Origin: Trichoplax sp. H2
Taxonomy: Eukaryota
Length of the DNA stretch: 64,000 nucleotides
NCBI GenBank assembly: GCA_003344405.1
Contig: NOWV01000032.1
Span: 372,001-436,000 of the forward strand
Direction: 5' to 3'
Below are positions 28,401-43,200 of the stretch, in pieces (positions within the stretch are counted from its first letter, which is position 1; each line of letters starts with the position of its first letter). Both the position numbers and the translations under genes were made by a program. The notes under the pieces are model-generated. The model saw only the letters and a program-made list of their open reading frames with translations, did not search any database and was not told the DNA's origin.

Positions 28401-28717
28401 TTAATGCTATAACGGTTCACTTACAGATGTCTGGTGTGATAATTAAATTAACAAATTACTAAAACAATGGACAATTTCTGTTTCTACGCATAGTTAAGAC
28501 TGTAATAAATAACGTAATGTAAATGTATGAATATGTAGTAAATCGATTATTTTCCATAACATTCCTTAAAAACTTTCTTAAAGGTGTGTACGATATTATA
28601 AAGACATTGCAGCCGCTATGCCTAACCCGATTAAGGAAATCCATTCGAAATATGTGCGAATTGATTACTAATATGTTTAAAAATACATCCAAAGACAGAT
28701 TTGTTTTCAAAGTCTAA
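25490..28717 (+). CDS. NAA60: N-alpha-acetyltransferase 60 (NatF, GNAT); exons ~25490-25572, 26344-26476, 27688-27787, 28140-28377 and probable last exon 28561-28717
   Basis: MEGLSFRSLRSDDFNEVQHVCRLLFPL|NYSDEWYRDITS..IVEIK..|DYGLL..LAYVLSLGVIPDYRRCGI|ASFLL..CKAVYLHVLTSNIPAINFYE..YLPQYY..DGYCYVCYINGG. The last exon is inferred through an AT-AC intron and encodes an amphipathic tail. Confidence 0.9.
28378..28560 (+). other. Candidate U12-type AT-AC intron in NAA60
   Basis: ATATCCTTT at 28378-28386. AC at 28559-28560 restores the frame into the 28523-28717 ORF. Confidence 0.7.
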
Positions 28718-29074
28718 CCTCTTTTAACACAGGTAATGAGAGTATTAATTACTAATCGTTGCGTAGCGTGTAATTAGCGGTTATTACATCAATTGTTTTT
28801 GTATTCATAATCTATGTTCTCAGAGCGTTTGTTACTTTCATTCACAATGGGTTAATAATTATTATTCTTACTTGGTATATTTAAGTACTTTTTTACGATA
28901 ATACGTAACTAAAACTTCGTTGTTTATTGTTGTAGCTTAATATAATTATGTTATATTAATTACAAAAATGAACATAACTGTTTCATATGAATCTCGTTAT
29001 TGCAGCTGCATAACGAGTATATAAATTCTATCACCCGAGGTTAATTCGATACGAAATGAAGCCAGCTTTCGTAT

Positions 29075-32000
29075 CTACATTTTTAATGCAAAAAACGCAT
29101 AACATTTACGTCTCTTATTTATGTATTTCCAAATTTCTGCTTCTGGTATATGTTTGCTCGCCTTTAACCTATTCATTATTAGAATAATATTATGTGAGAT
29201 AGATAAACGTTACAATACGCAGTATCATGCTGCACTGATATTCATTAATTTTTTAATTTACAGCAATTCAAAAATGTAGTAAATACTTTTGTAAGCATAG
29301 AGAATAAAGTTCCATATTTATTAACGTAATTATAAAGATGTGATAGCCATTTATACTATCTTAGCATTATACACATAGGTAAGCAATCGGGTTTTACATT
29401 AATACAATCCTGTATAATACACATTCGTAAATTGACGAACAGGTACAGAAAAGCAATTCTACATAAAAACATAGTGATTTAACTTATCACATTTAATTCA
29501 CGATGTCGTAGTAAGTTGCCTTGAACTTAGATCACAGGTATGTGATTAGTCGAGATTTTATAAGTAACTCATCCCTTACCTTGCTAATTCACCAAAATCA
29601 CCACCTGCAAGTAGAACTATAAATAGAGTTTTCGTCTGAAGAGCATTATATATTCTTCCTATATTTTGATCACTTTTTGATAACGCATCCTATGAAGTAT
29701 AGATAGCTTCTTGGCAAATCGTCCCAAATAATGACGTTTCGTAAGCTAAACGATTATGCACAGATCTACATAAACTAATAGCGAAAAGCTATGGAATATA
29801 CAGCAGCGATCACTATAAGAAATATTAACTACCCGGATCAACTTACTAAAAATTTTGGACTGCATTCAACCTCTTCGTTGTTTTCAGAGCAGCATGACGC
29901 TGGAATAAACACCAGTTTAATGCATGATTACGACATTGAAAAAATGATCTAATCCGTGTATATTGGTATGTTGAAACGTACACACTGTGATGCTAGTAAT
30001 AATTATTACAATACCTTTTCTAACTATCGCCGGTTCATGGAGTTGAATCCAAGTAAAATCAGCCATCCCCGAAGAAGCGTTTTTGCAACTTTGTCCCACA
30101 ATCTTGTATAGAAATTATACTTTAATGACATTGCTCTGAACTGGTAGAAGCTCTAAATTGTACTTATAATTAATCTAAGTTTTACCTGATCATCATTGAA
30201 ACATGGAAAACAATTAGAAGATTCAGTGTAGTATTGATTTATAACATGATAGTTATCAATTAAAGTTCCTATTGGGAGAGATATAGAAATTTCCTATATT
30301 TCTACCTTATATACTGTAACTCTTTAATAAAAGAAAGACAAGGAGATTTATTTTATGTAAATTATACCTTCCTTATTACATCTTCTTATAACATTAAGTA
30401 CGCTGTGACACAAAAGAAAATACATTGAAATGTTTTACTACATTAGAAACCTCTACTTAAGAAATAAGTGAAAAAAATTGAGACGAAATTGAGAATATAA
30501 TTAAAGACCTTTCAGAATCGAAATTACACCGACCAAATTCTGGACCTATCAAAGTAATTCCTTAAAATTTATATCGACAATCTATAGTATTTTATGTATC
30601 AGAAGCTCTTATAACATGCCTTTAGCAATTCGTAAATGAATCAACTTCATACAGGTAATAGCATCTTCTACCGGAGAATGGCCATTCTCGTTTTCCTGAA
30701 TTTGGCATCTATGACGTAAATTAAAGAATAGTCGGTAACAGTTTTCTTTCAAATGTTGCAGAATTTTTGGATAATTAACATCGTAATGATTCTATATCCG
30801 CATTTGATATGGTACTACTTATAGCAATATAAGAATCGAAATACAAAAATACCTACCAAGTTTGAAATAATAGTAGTATCACATATTGATTGCGCAAATA
30901 GTCAACTAAAGCTCAATACATACAAATCAAGCTACTAGACGTTACCCACACGTATTAGACGCTTACTGAAGGTACTCTGAAGCAAGAAATTTTAAACTTG
31001 GCTTGCTTGTTGGGCTCTTAGGATTAGAAAATTGTACCGATGTGTCGATTATGTTATTCCAGATCATCTAATAAAATTGAATATGTGCCATAGTAAGTTA
31101 CAATTTATCACATCAATCTCAAACGACCATGCCATGAATTTCATAGTCTATATCAGTTACCCGCATTGCACGCAAATCGTTTTCTAAAGAGTGGCCAACC
31201 AAAATAGCGTCTTTAGGAAGTGCAGCTTTTAATAGTTCATGTACGTCGTTTAATCGAATTTTAACACCAATGAGGTCGTCTGAAGTTATGCCACTGTACC
31301 TAAATTACATTGCGAGATTTAAGTGCTGTACATCTGGCTACAGTTAACCAAAAATAAGAGGTTTCAAGCCTATGAATAAATGCAATGTCGTATCGTCTAG
31401 AATCATCATGACTCTTTCTTCACGTACAGTGATGACAATAGTTAGCATAAGTGAGTAACCAAGGAATTTCAACTTTAAAAGACATTTCATAAGAACGTGA
31501 GAGCGAGAGTCAAGAAAGTCATAAAATAATACAGTACCTTGTCCTATAATCAATGATCGGATCATCCGGTAGCACATATGTATCTACGATAACGTTGTAA
31601 TACTCATCGACTAGGGCCACTCTTGCAATGGAATCACCGGTATTTGTTAAGCACTATATCGTCAATCGGTTAATGTATTCCAATATCGGAAAAAGGCTAA
31701 TTAAATTAACTAATGTTACGTAGACCGAACTTTACATAAAGAACTCCATATTTGAAAATCACCATTTCACAATCCAGCGCGAACATTGGACTCTTCGGCG
31801 TAGCTGACTCATTATGAATAGCGAAGAAAGCGGCGTCATCCTCTATTTAAAAAAAGGATTTGAGATAATGCCATTCGTTCTAACCTGATATGTTAATAGA
31901 TACTAGCTACGATCTCGTCATGTATATTTTTACACCTTAATTAAAGCGGTAGTAATATTTATGATTTAAAGTATTCCTTCATCGAATAAAGAATATGCAC

Positions 32001-33010
32001 TAAAACTTACCAACATCAACATAACCCGGGAATGCATTGCCACGAAGCTGAGGAATAGTTAGCAAATAGAAATTCCTTTGTGGCAAGTTACAATTCGACA
32101 CACTCGCAATCGGAGTGATTTCCGTACCTATTAATTTTGTGATTAGTCATTTCAGTTTAGAACCGTTAATGTTACATGCTAAAGCAAATGAATACACGTA
32201 GCAAAGTACGTAGCCTTATATTAACATATTGTACAGTATATGTCGAATTAGTAAAAATAATTAATCACCACGAGGCAAAAAAGCGAATTTAGAACAGTAC
32301 TGTGTTGTGCTATACATGTAGTCTATATAATTTATATGCACGGGTATGTCGATAGATAACCTTTGGCTGCGGGCGTTCTATCGCAATCTATTCGCAGAAT
32401 TGATCTTTCACAATTTTTTATATAAGGGGCTTTGGATAAATTACAGAATGGGCCTTCCTACATTGAGTGCAATTACATATGAAACGATATGCAGCGCAAC
32501 AGCGTATTGTACGTAGCATGATTGTTAATTAATAAAAGTGCGCAATACGAAATCTACTGTACAAAAAAAGCTTACAGCCTGTCTAATCGATGTAATAATC
32601 CCAAAGCAATTTCGATTTTGATTGTAATCGTCTTCCGTTGCGCCATTAATAGCACACAAAACCACTTTGAGTTGATCCTTATTGGTAATATTGCACCAAT
32701 AGGGTTTCTTTATAACTCCAGAAGGTAAAATAATATGCAATATTAATCGTCGTAAATCTAGTAAGCTTCTCCTGCTATCGCCAATTTCCTCAAGGAGAGG
32801 AGCGAAGTCTAATTTAGGCTTATAATCCAGTTAAAAAAGTGAAGAGAGTTAGTTGATTATACTGTATAAATATAACAGTTCATTACATTTACTATTTTAT
32901 TTTAGATCGTGGAAAATTATACATGTATACGCGTAAGCTCGTCAGTATTAAAAATCCAATATTAGCAAGAATACTGCAGAAAGTACGATATGTACCTTTA
33001 ATCCCTCCAT
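29075..33010 (-). CDS. REXO5: DEDDh RNA exonuclease, REXO5/Rex1(RNH70)-like, multi-exon
   Basis: N-terminal ..LILHIIL..KKPYWCNITN..VVLCAING (REXO5-type). Catalytic SPMFALDCEM|CLT..IARVALVD..PIIDYRT|YSGIT..ILVGHSLENDLRAMR|..IIDTS..SLKFLASEYL|..IQENENGHSPVEDAITCMKL..GPEFG. C-terminus ..LFIVLLAGGD..|..RRKCYAFFALKM*. The start exon (MEGLK) is less certain. Confidence 0.8.
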
Positions 33011-33067
33011 TAGAAAGCATAAAGTTTCTAGTAACGTTAATTCATGATTTCGTTTTTACAGGACGGA

Positions 33068-33356
33068 CACTGTACAGTGTACAGTGTACAGTACTTACCT
33101 ACTGTACAGTGTACAGTACACACTTATTATTATTATTTATTATTATTATTAACTAATTACAGTACTGTATGCAGTACTGTAATTGCCGGTGTCATAGAAA
33201 ATTCCCCAAAATTTAGAAAATTTACTGTACTATACAGTACAGTGCAGTGTACTGTACAGTACAGTGCAGCAGTAGTGTACAGTACTAGTGTACAGTACTG
33301 TACAGTACTGTACTAGTGTACTGTACTGTACTGCACTACCGTACAGTACCACTGTA
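33068..33356. repeat. (GTACW)n array in the REXO5/MAD1 divergent intergenic region
   Basis: cactgtacagtgtacagtgtacagtac..gtgtacagtactgtacagtactgtactagtgtactgtactgtactg, with a (tta)n tract at ~33124-33150. Confidence 0.88.
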
Positions 33357-33548
33357 GAAAATACTGCATTAGTTCTCGTAGTTGTCAGTAAACACGACAG
33401 GTAGTGTTTCAAAGTGCTGTCTTGCTAAAAGTGAGGTCTCCCTCTATTCCGTTAAAATATGCTCGTACTTCGTCCTGAAACTTAGAATTTATATTTATCA
33501 TAATAATAAAATCACTCATATATATGTAATTAGGTAATAACAACGAAG

Positions 33549-36500
33549 ATGAATTTTTCTCGTACACCTCAAGATAGCACGGCTGTTATCCGATTTGTGG
33601 AAGGCTTCGACGGGTTTTTGAACAGTGAAGGAAAGTCTCCAATTTCGCAGCCTTCTCAACACTTACCAACAGTAGTTAGTGATGATAGCATGTGCAGTGG
33701 CAACACTGATATTTCGTCTCACATATTGGATAGTAAATTTAATAATTCCTCTGTGAATGATATCAAAGTTAAGAGGTCAATAGGTAAGTCCAAATGTTCA
33801 GTAAATTCTCTTTCTGCTGTGAAAGGTTATAATTATTATTGTTTACACTGTTCGTTTACGACTTCGTTTATACGTAATAATGCAAGCAAGATATTGACAC
33901 AGGTATAAGTATACGTCTTGTAATTATGGCTCTTTCATCGCATACGTGTCACTATTCTATTATATAGATACGTTGTACTACCTCTGAAATTAAAGTAAAT
34001 AAAATAACAGCGCTTTTACTCGTCAGATATGACCTAAAAATTAGATGTACAGTACGATTTGGATATACGCGTATACCGTTATTAGAGTAATAAAGAATGA
34101 TTTTATATTATTAAATCTAATTCAGTCTTTCAGCTACATACACGTACATATTAAAATTCACAGTATAATAACCGTACGGTACTTTTACGCAAAATAGCAC
34201 GAACAAGACATTTTCCTAGTAAATTATAAATAAAGTAGTGAAAGTAAAGTAGAGTTTAGGGCTTCGTCCGTTAAAAAATATACGCGTACTGTACGTAGAC
34301 TACTGAAGTAAATTATTAAAAGTAGAACACAGTACGGTACTAATGCAAACTGAAATATTCTACTCTGCAAACAAGTACTGTATGCAAAGTATCATGAGCA
34401 TGGGTTCAACTTGTAATAATACACAACAACCGCGATGAAAATCCCCAAGAGGTTTCTCATCTGTTGAGATACACATGCATGTCTGTAACGTATATCACAT
34501 ACTTAAGTATGTATTACATGCATATACTTTACGCTGTCACTTGAATATTTCATACTGATTAATTTGATGATCAGAATTATAATGGCTTCGACGCAAAACT
34601 GAGATGGAAATTCCGAAACTCCCAAATCCGTTCCTTCCATGTACTGTAATTATGACTTATCAATGGAATCTGACCTACTGTGTATTCTTTTTCAGATTTT
34701 GATAAATCAATCGAGATTTATCAACATAAATCGAAAATTGCTCGTTTGGAAAATCGTGTTGAGACTCTTGATGTGGAAGTCAAACGAGCCCGTATTGATA
34801 CAAATGAAGAAATCAATGCAAGTCGTGCTGAGTTTTTAAATCAACGTGAAAGTAAAGATGAACTTATGAGGTATAATATATGCTGTGTCAAATAAATATA
34901 AGAGTACATTACATAGCATCTACTAGATAGGGTTGGTTAGACTACGGCCAGTTTGAAGGTAATTATTTTTAGTTTGTATTGATTAAAGGAAGCCATCAGA
35001 CGAAATTCTATATGTAGATTAGCAACGAGAATAATGGAATTAATTAGCAATTATGACAGTGCTCCCTATATCTAAAAGTTTTGCATTCTATGCTGTACTT
35101 AGTTGTAAAAGTTAGAACTCTATCTGGAGCGCATAGTAAGTATTCGAACTGGAATAGTGCGTCTATCATATACAATATTTATTTATAAGGAATTGGGTTT
35201 CCATGACGTACTACTGTGTACTATTTATAATAAGCATCAGTTTTCCAACTCGTAGTATGCAACTGGAATGTATCTGCATTTCGAAACTCTTTCTTCATCC
35301 TTCAACTGTACTTTAAGCGCTAATTTTTCATGTAGGTTCTGCGGAACGAAGTGAAATTTGAGAACTTTCAATCAAAATACAGTATATTACAGCTTATAAA
35401 TTTATTACCATGTATCGCATGTATAGATGATTTTGGACTACAGTAGAAGAGATATTTAAACGTGAATTGCCTTAAAATTTCACTTTTACCTTCTAGTAAC
35501 AGGCTGTTACCGCATATAACGCAAATAGTGCTATGAATGCTTCCTTCTGTGATATATAATATGGTCCATTTATATATTTAGGCGTTTAAAGCTTGTAGCT
35601 GAGCGTGAAAAATCCAATCATGAACAATTAAATGAATATCGTATCAAAGTCGATCAAATGAAATCCAACTCAGAAAAGAAAATTGAGCAATTCATTGACG
35701 ACAAAATTAAAGCCTCCGAGCAATTTGCAGAAGTACAGCTATAATTTGATAGAAATGCATTTACGAAATTGCAGTTTTAATACATGAGTTGCTTTAAATT
35801 ATGTTCGAAATGATCTGAGGATACTTTATAGAAGTATCAATGCAAATTACTTCGTATTATTGTTAACAGTAGGGTTCCATTGCTATGAGTTTAATTTAAT
35901 TCCATCGGATGACACGCTGAATCTATCTTATGTACTCTCCATTTTGTTAAATTATGTCGTATCTCTCTCTCTTATGAGTATAGTTACATGATGATAGTAC
36001 GTACAGTATTGCGTTAGATCTAGGAGTTAATGGGCAACAGTTACGATTATAATCCTTGAACATTAACTCTTTAATAAGCTGTGATTTGCACCTCGTACAA
36101 TATAGGAAGTGGCCAAATTACGGTCTGAAGCCAACATCGTTAAGGAAAAACTGCAAAAGTATGTGGCTATACGAAATTGATAGTTTGATATAATTTTCAA
36201 TATACGAAATAAGAGCTGTAACTGTAAACTAATTGCAGGAGTGATTCAGAGATTGTGAAACTACAACATCTTTTAAAAGAGTCAGAATCAAGATTAAACC
36301 AACACGAGAAGTAAGCGATAGTAATGATACTGTAGTATACTGTACTAAGCTGCTGTGATTCCGATACATGGTTAACCCAGTTATTTTGCAATTACTCCTA
36401 TGTACCGGTATTCAGTTTACTTGAAAAATACAAGGAACAAGGCAAAGAGCTGGATTGCTATAAGATGAAGGCCACCAAAGCAGATTTGAGGATTTCAGTA

Positions 36501-39500
36501 AGTAATAATGATTACGATCAAAAACGACTTGAACGTAACATACGCGCATTGCAATAGTACTGCAGTTCTAGTGCCGCGACGTTGAGCCTTTACGTATTAG
36601 GTGCCATATTTCACATTACTTCCATACCGTACTAGGCTGCAATTGAAACTGCAATAAATATAAGCTTTTTTAAAACGTTAAAACGAAATGTATTGGGCTA
36701 AATGTCCTATTTGTAATCAATATTTGACTGCACTATTTTTTATAATTTTAGGTACTTGAAATTGAAAACGACAAGTTAAGAACAGAGAAATCATTATCTA
36801 ATACATCTGAAACTTTCTTAGGCAAAATAAAGGAACTTGAAGAGAGCTGTATGATATTGCGCGAAGAAAATCGACGCCTTATGTAAATTAAAAAACGATC
36901 GATAGTAATCGATTTTACGAATTGCGTTACTACTAATGAATCTATGATATTTTAATTGTTTGACAGTCAGAATAAGAGAAACGGTATGCTGCAAACGGAA
37001 GAAATTGAAAATCTTAAAAACAAATTAGCAAGGATTGAACCACTTCGATTGGAGAATGCTGAATTAAAATCTCGTATTGAAGTATTACCTGAGCATTTTC
37101 ATATTTCACATCGCTGATATCTTGAATTATACGCGTACTTGCTAGTACATGTTTAATAAATGTGTTTATAGAAAATATAAATACATTTTTTCTTATTTGC
37201 AATATTTTGTCAAAAACCTGCGTTTCTCTATTTTTGTCAGGAATACATGGCTGCGTTTAGTAAATGGAAAGCCATCGACGAGAACAGTAAACCAATGTAA
37301 GCGTAAACAAATTAATAACCATTATGGTCAAGCTATGTACTAGCTTATTTATTATTACAGAATTTCGTATCTACATGTACATTTTTCTTTCATAAGATCC
37401 CCTGATTGTCTTATTGGAACTGTAAGCGATCTACGGCGTAAAAATTCTTTGTTGCTGGAATCGAACGGAGAACTCAATAGCAAGTCTGTTATTATCTCAT
37501 TGACTGATTAAGACACTTAAAGCCGTAAATCTAAATATAGTCTATCTATAGGGCTAGTCAGCAAAATACTGCAAACGAAGCGTTAGTTACTAAATTAGCT
37601 ACTGCTCAAAAGGACTTACTTGCTTTTAAGGTATTGCGCAAAATTTTAAAATATGTCTACATTCAAGCTCTTAAGTCTTGTTAAACAGTGCTAAAATCTT
37701 TAGGAAAAGGTTGAACTACAAGCTGAGTCCATAAAGCGATTAGAGAAAAGACTGTTATTCGTGACGAAAGTATGCAGAATTTATTAGGGCAATATAACTT
37801 CCTTAAAATAAATTAAATATAATACCCTGATACTTGAAGTCAATTTTTTGTACCATTAAGGAAAGAGATGGTATAAGGAATGTGCTGAATAGCTTTAATG
37901 CGGATGATATCTGCGACCAAGCTGCTTCTCAACTACTCAAGGTTTGTTGATCTTAAATGTTCATTTCAAGTGTAATTTGATAATAGACTATCCAGCTACC
38001 TGAACTAATATTACCATACAGACAGAAAAAGACTTAGAAGCTTGCTATAAGCGTATCGAACAGTTGGAGGTATGTTCGATGCTGCCACATTAAATAGTTC
38101 AATACATAGTAATATTAATTATTGAAATGCATCAATTTGAAGAATACGATACTTTCGAGGTATTGGTGTGCTTAACCACGGTCATTGCGTAATGATTTCA
38201 TGAATACCCTTTACTACAGGCAGAAGTTGAAAGTCAGAGGACTTTAAGAAGAATTGATAACAGAGATCTTAAAGAGGTACTGTTCTTGTTCCTAATCTTA
38301 GCTTCGGAAATACACAAATCTTATTTCGGTAATTATAATTTTAGAGAACAGTTCATCTGGAGACGAAGTCTCCAAGTAATACTAGTAGTACCGAGTACGA
38401 TGCTTTGCGTGAGCCTTGGCGAAGTATTAGGTGAGCGAAGTTCATCGAATTGTAAGATAGTTTCATAATAATGTAATGTTATCTCAAACATTTACAAGCA
38501 GGGAGCGGCTAGCAATCTTGGAAAGGGAAAAGGTCGAGTGGTTAGAAGAAAAAGAAAGCTATGAAGGAATAAAAGAAAAGAAGCACTTGCAGGTATATTC
38601 ACAGCTACATAGTATAATTTAGAATTAGGTTAAATTATTAACCATGTTAGTGACTATTGTTATTTGTACTTGACTGTCTCAATAATTATGAAATTATAGG
38701 GCTACTATGATCCATTAACAACCAAAATTATACACTTCCGCAACAACCCTGCTTTTTTAGCTGCTGAAAATCGAAAACTGGTATTACAACAGCTACGACG
38801 CGAATGTGACCGTTTGAAAGAAATCATTCTGGGGTCTGAATCTTCGAACCCTTCTAACTTAAAAATTTTACAGAAAGAGATACGAGGTATATATTGATAT
38901 AGTTTTTTTGGCTTTAAAAATCCTTGACGGAATACACGTTTAATTTGAGCGAAATCTTCTCAATTACAACTTAACTGGAAAATTCTTATATGGTCGTATG
39001 TGTACGTTAGAGTTACGTGAACAACTAGCTAATGCAGAAAAATTTAATCAGCGCTTAAAAGAGGTTGGTGCATAACTCCTTATAAACTATTACTGTATTC
39101 TACGAGCTAAAACTTCTACCATGTTTTAGAGAATATAATTCGTAATAACCCGCATTTTTCATTATTACATACCTTAGATAGTTAGAGAAAAGATAAAAGT
39201 ATTTCGTGAAGCGTGCTATATCTTGACTGGCTATAGAATTGATGATATAGGCGAAAATAGATACAAATTACAATCTATTTATGCGGAACATCCAGGCGAT
39301 TACCTCATTTTTAGTGTACGATGTTATTCTTCTTGACGTTTTTATTATTCAATTTTTAAAAAGTTGCGGACTATTGTCTAATGATTTCTCATGCCTTATC
39401 GTCTATAGATTGCAACTGGAGGGAAAGTTAATCTGCTAGAAACAGATTTTTTGAATACTATCGCTGACTTGCTAGACAAATATGTTTCTGCCTATAACGC

Positions 39501-39582
39501 TATTCCAGCACTATTAAGTGCTGTTACTATGCAGCTATTTAATTTACAAACTATACAGTTGACATCATCTGATGCGTTGTAA
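33549..39582 (+). CDS. MAD1L1: Mitotic spindle assembly checkpoint protein MAD1, many short coiled-coil exons
   Basis: Coiled-coil exons followed by GYYDPLTTKIIHFRNNPA (Mad2-interaction motif region), QRLKE (RLK motif), FREACYILTGYRID..YKLQSIYAEHPGDYLIF and LLETDF..IPALLSAVTMQLFNLQT..*, stop at 39582. Confidence 0.93.
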
Positions 39583-40203
39583 CTTACTCTTGTTTAAGCA
39601 CGTTTTGAATTAAGTTAATTGCAACATTACATCATTGGTGATACTAATTTTATTATTACGGTTATCAGTCTAAAATAAAATCGATGTTGGCTTATACATG
39701 ATAGCAATTTCTATTCATACTACATTAAAACTGTCACTTGGCTTCGGCATACGATTTATACATTTTTGCAATCTATTCGAATTGCACATTGAAGTAAATG
39801 CTTTACTACATACTTCTTTCTAAAAGATTCATAAGTCCCTACAGAAATACCACTTAATAATACAATATATATATAATATGTCTGATGCAAGGTGCCATAC
39901 ATCCTACATATAACCAATTTACAAATACAAAGCGCTGTATTACATAACCTTTGACGTACACAGCTAGTACTATAAATTGTATGTTTGAGTTACTATAAAA
40001 CTAGCGTTTTAATCTTTTATAATTTCGTCAGGATTAGTTTTACAAGTCTATGCTCCATAAAGGAACATGTTATCTTATTTATAACCGGGTCAGTACGATA
40101 TGCCGTATTGTCAGATAATACCGTATAGAAATAATTGATTATCACTTATTGTCGATAAATCAGCCTTTATACTTACACATTCGATAAAAAAAATCTAAAC
40201 TCG

Positions 40204-43200
40204 TTAAGCAGATACATCAAAAAATGTGCTAAGAGCATTTACCAAATCTTGTACTGAATACTTTACGTATTTGTCGCGATTCTTGGTAAACTGGCTATTC
40301 CCGTGCCTATTTTAATGAAAATTGTACATGAGAGAGTTGAATGAAGGTGGTGATGTAATAAATTACACTAAATCCAATAAAAGTTTCCGATAAGATTTGT
40401 ACGTACTTTTGGAGAAATGCCTCATATAATGGTACGACAGTATCAATATTTTCCTTTCTTATGTTGTTCCGCAACTGTTCATCAGGTATTGAATAATGCT
40501 GCTGAATCCTCTGAACTTCTTCGAAACCGGTATTAAAGGCCTATCGTGAATACATACACTTAGTTATTAATGCCGTAACGGTTATTGCGATGAAATCTGA
40601 CTATCCATGAAAAGTTGTAATGCCAATAATTTACCTTAAAACGATCTTTTATTATTTGTCGTGATCCTCTACTCATCTACAAATACAGTTATGCTAAATC
40701 TTAGAAATGGCGATTTAATTTCCTTTGAATAGCTGCAGAAAATACGCAAAAGTATAAACTTGACAAAGAATAAAGACTTATAAATTCAAAATATACCTTT
40801 GAATCATCCGAACCGCTATGGTAAGATTTATTTTCTTCAATTAGATTTTGAATAATCTTATTCCAACTGATTTAGGAAAAAATTAACCCCAATGTATTTC
40901 TTTTTCTTACTGAATGTTGTACTATGTGAGTATTTGTATAAGTTAGTAACAAATTATTTGGCCTACCATTTCTGATAACTGTGTTGTTGATTAGCAATGA
41001 GCGCTTTGTAGTGTTCTTCAAGCGTAATTTCGCCATCTAATGCGTTTATCCACTCAATAAGACCAGATCTAATAGACAGAATTTAAAGGTTCAGATATCA
41101 CATTAATGGCTAAAATCTTTAAGCAAGGAATGGGATTGACCTTTCTAAGGATTTTATTATATGATGGTAGTTGTTCATCAAGAATATGCTTTGCAAAGCC
41201 ACATTTTCGTAACACTTGGCTTTCCTTTCTAAATTAAGACCTAATGCTCCGAGAACTCTGGCTACAATAGCAGACAGAAAATGCGAAATATCCCTTATGA
41301 AACTGATTACGGCTGTAAATATCGCTAAAAAGAGCTTTCAACCTATATACGATCCAAGAATAGTCTTGCATTGTCCGTGCCCAAGCTCTTGAGATAATGG
41401 TGCAGCAGAATCCGTCGCTATAGGCATTATATAAAACATTTCAGTTCCATTTGGAAAAAAATTTGCAAAATAAACGCGGAAGGCACTGCACAGGACATCT
41501 TTTGATACGGTCATGTAACTACAGATACTTGCAAAAATACTGCTTTTTACAGACAAATCATTATATAGTAATGTAATACTCACTCTGATAATTGAGCATA
41601 TCCCCAGCAATCTCTGAATATTCCATGAGATGTTCCATGAATATTATCGTCTATTAAAGAGTATCAAAAAGTAATCAGTTATACTTCGAATATTTATATT
41701 GCTATAATATACGTATGAACTTGCAATATGAATGATAATGATGAAAATAAATCTCACATTGCTAGTAAGCTCATGGACGGTGCCATCCTTTGGTAGATTC
41801 GATTGTTTATCCGGATCGTTCTGAAAAGTTTTACACACGTAATTTGAAGTAGGGACTGCTGATTTTTTATTCGTACGATAGCAAATCAAATTATTACTGC
41901 ATTATACCTTTATACTAGCAGTAAATTCCTCCAGACCTTTACCACCCTAATTACCAGAAGCAAACCTACATCAACTAAATAAATTGGTATTCCATGTAAT
42001 GATCAATACTTACTGCCTCTTTGAAACTAGAAATCAAACTTTTTAACTTCATGCGAGCTGAGTTTGGAAGAGCCTACAAAATAATGGAAGTCATTGCAGT
42101 TTCATTCCCGTATTAAATCATGCTAAATGTCCCACTGACCTTAAAGATTGCTTCATAATCGGAAGCCATATTTCTAAAGTGTCTTAATATTGGGCACGTA
42201 TGCAAGATTGATGCGTATTCATTCTTGGATATGCATACCTTCCTCACCGACGTAACTATTTTCTGACAAACATCCATTTCTATTATGTAATTGGCAATTT
42301 AATAGCATAATTACGTTGTACAATACCTCGCCTTCTCCACAAATGAAAATCAATGCCTTTTTCAGCAGACTTGAGAAGGCTAAGCTCCAGTATTTATTTG
42401 GTAAAACTGACTTCGTCAATTCCATTTCGGTCTAAAATAGCAGGAGATTGATTCAATTCCGTGAAATTATCTAAACATGGTAACTACTTTATCACAATTA
42501 CCTGTGACAATTTCACAAATGCAATGCATAGTAGCGGAAAGATATACGCTTGCTCTAGATTTCTGCATGAGATCGAAGCAACAACAAAAATAAATAAAAC
42601 AAGAGACACCATTTATATCAGAAACATTTCAATATTACACAGAATCTTCAGCTCCCGCTCCGGTACCTTCTGAAGACAGTACGGTTGAATTCTTACGTAT
42701 GGCTAGATTGATATCAATAGCTTAGCATTTTATAAATGTAGTTGTTCCACTTAAACCGATTTTGATATCAGCTAATGAAATAAAATTAACAAATGTGTAG
42801 GTTTATCTACCTGGCGATTGTATAAACGCAGATGAGGGCATTCTTTTTAATCTAGCATAAAAAAACTTGCAATTACACGCTTGAAGAATGAAGGAAGCAA
42901 AATCGGTGACTATTTCTTACTCCTTGCGTTTCCCTGATGATTTATGCTTTTTTTTGCTTTCAGCTTCAATAGTCACTAATTTATGGATATATGAAAACGC
43001 AATTATTTATTATAGAAACTTAACCTACATAAATCTCAAGAATTTTTTCTTAATACTGACGCGAATTAAGTTTCTTGTTTTGTCCTGCCTGTGTTATTAA
43101 AATAAAATTTTAGATCTTAAAAATCACTTGCAATAATGACTACAAATGCTATGTAAAATCAATTTACGATGCTACTTACGACAGTCGATACCGTAATGGT

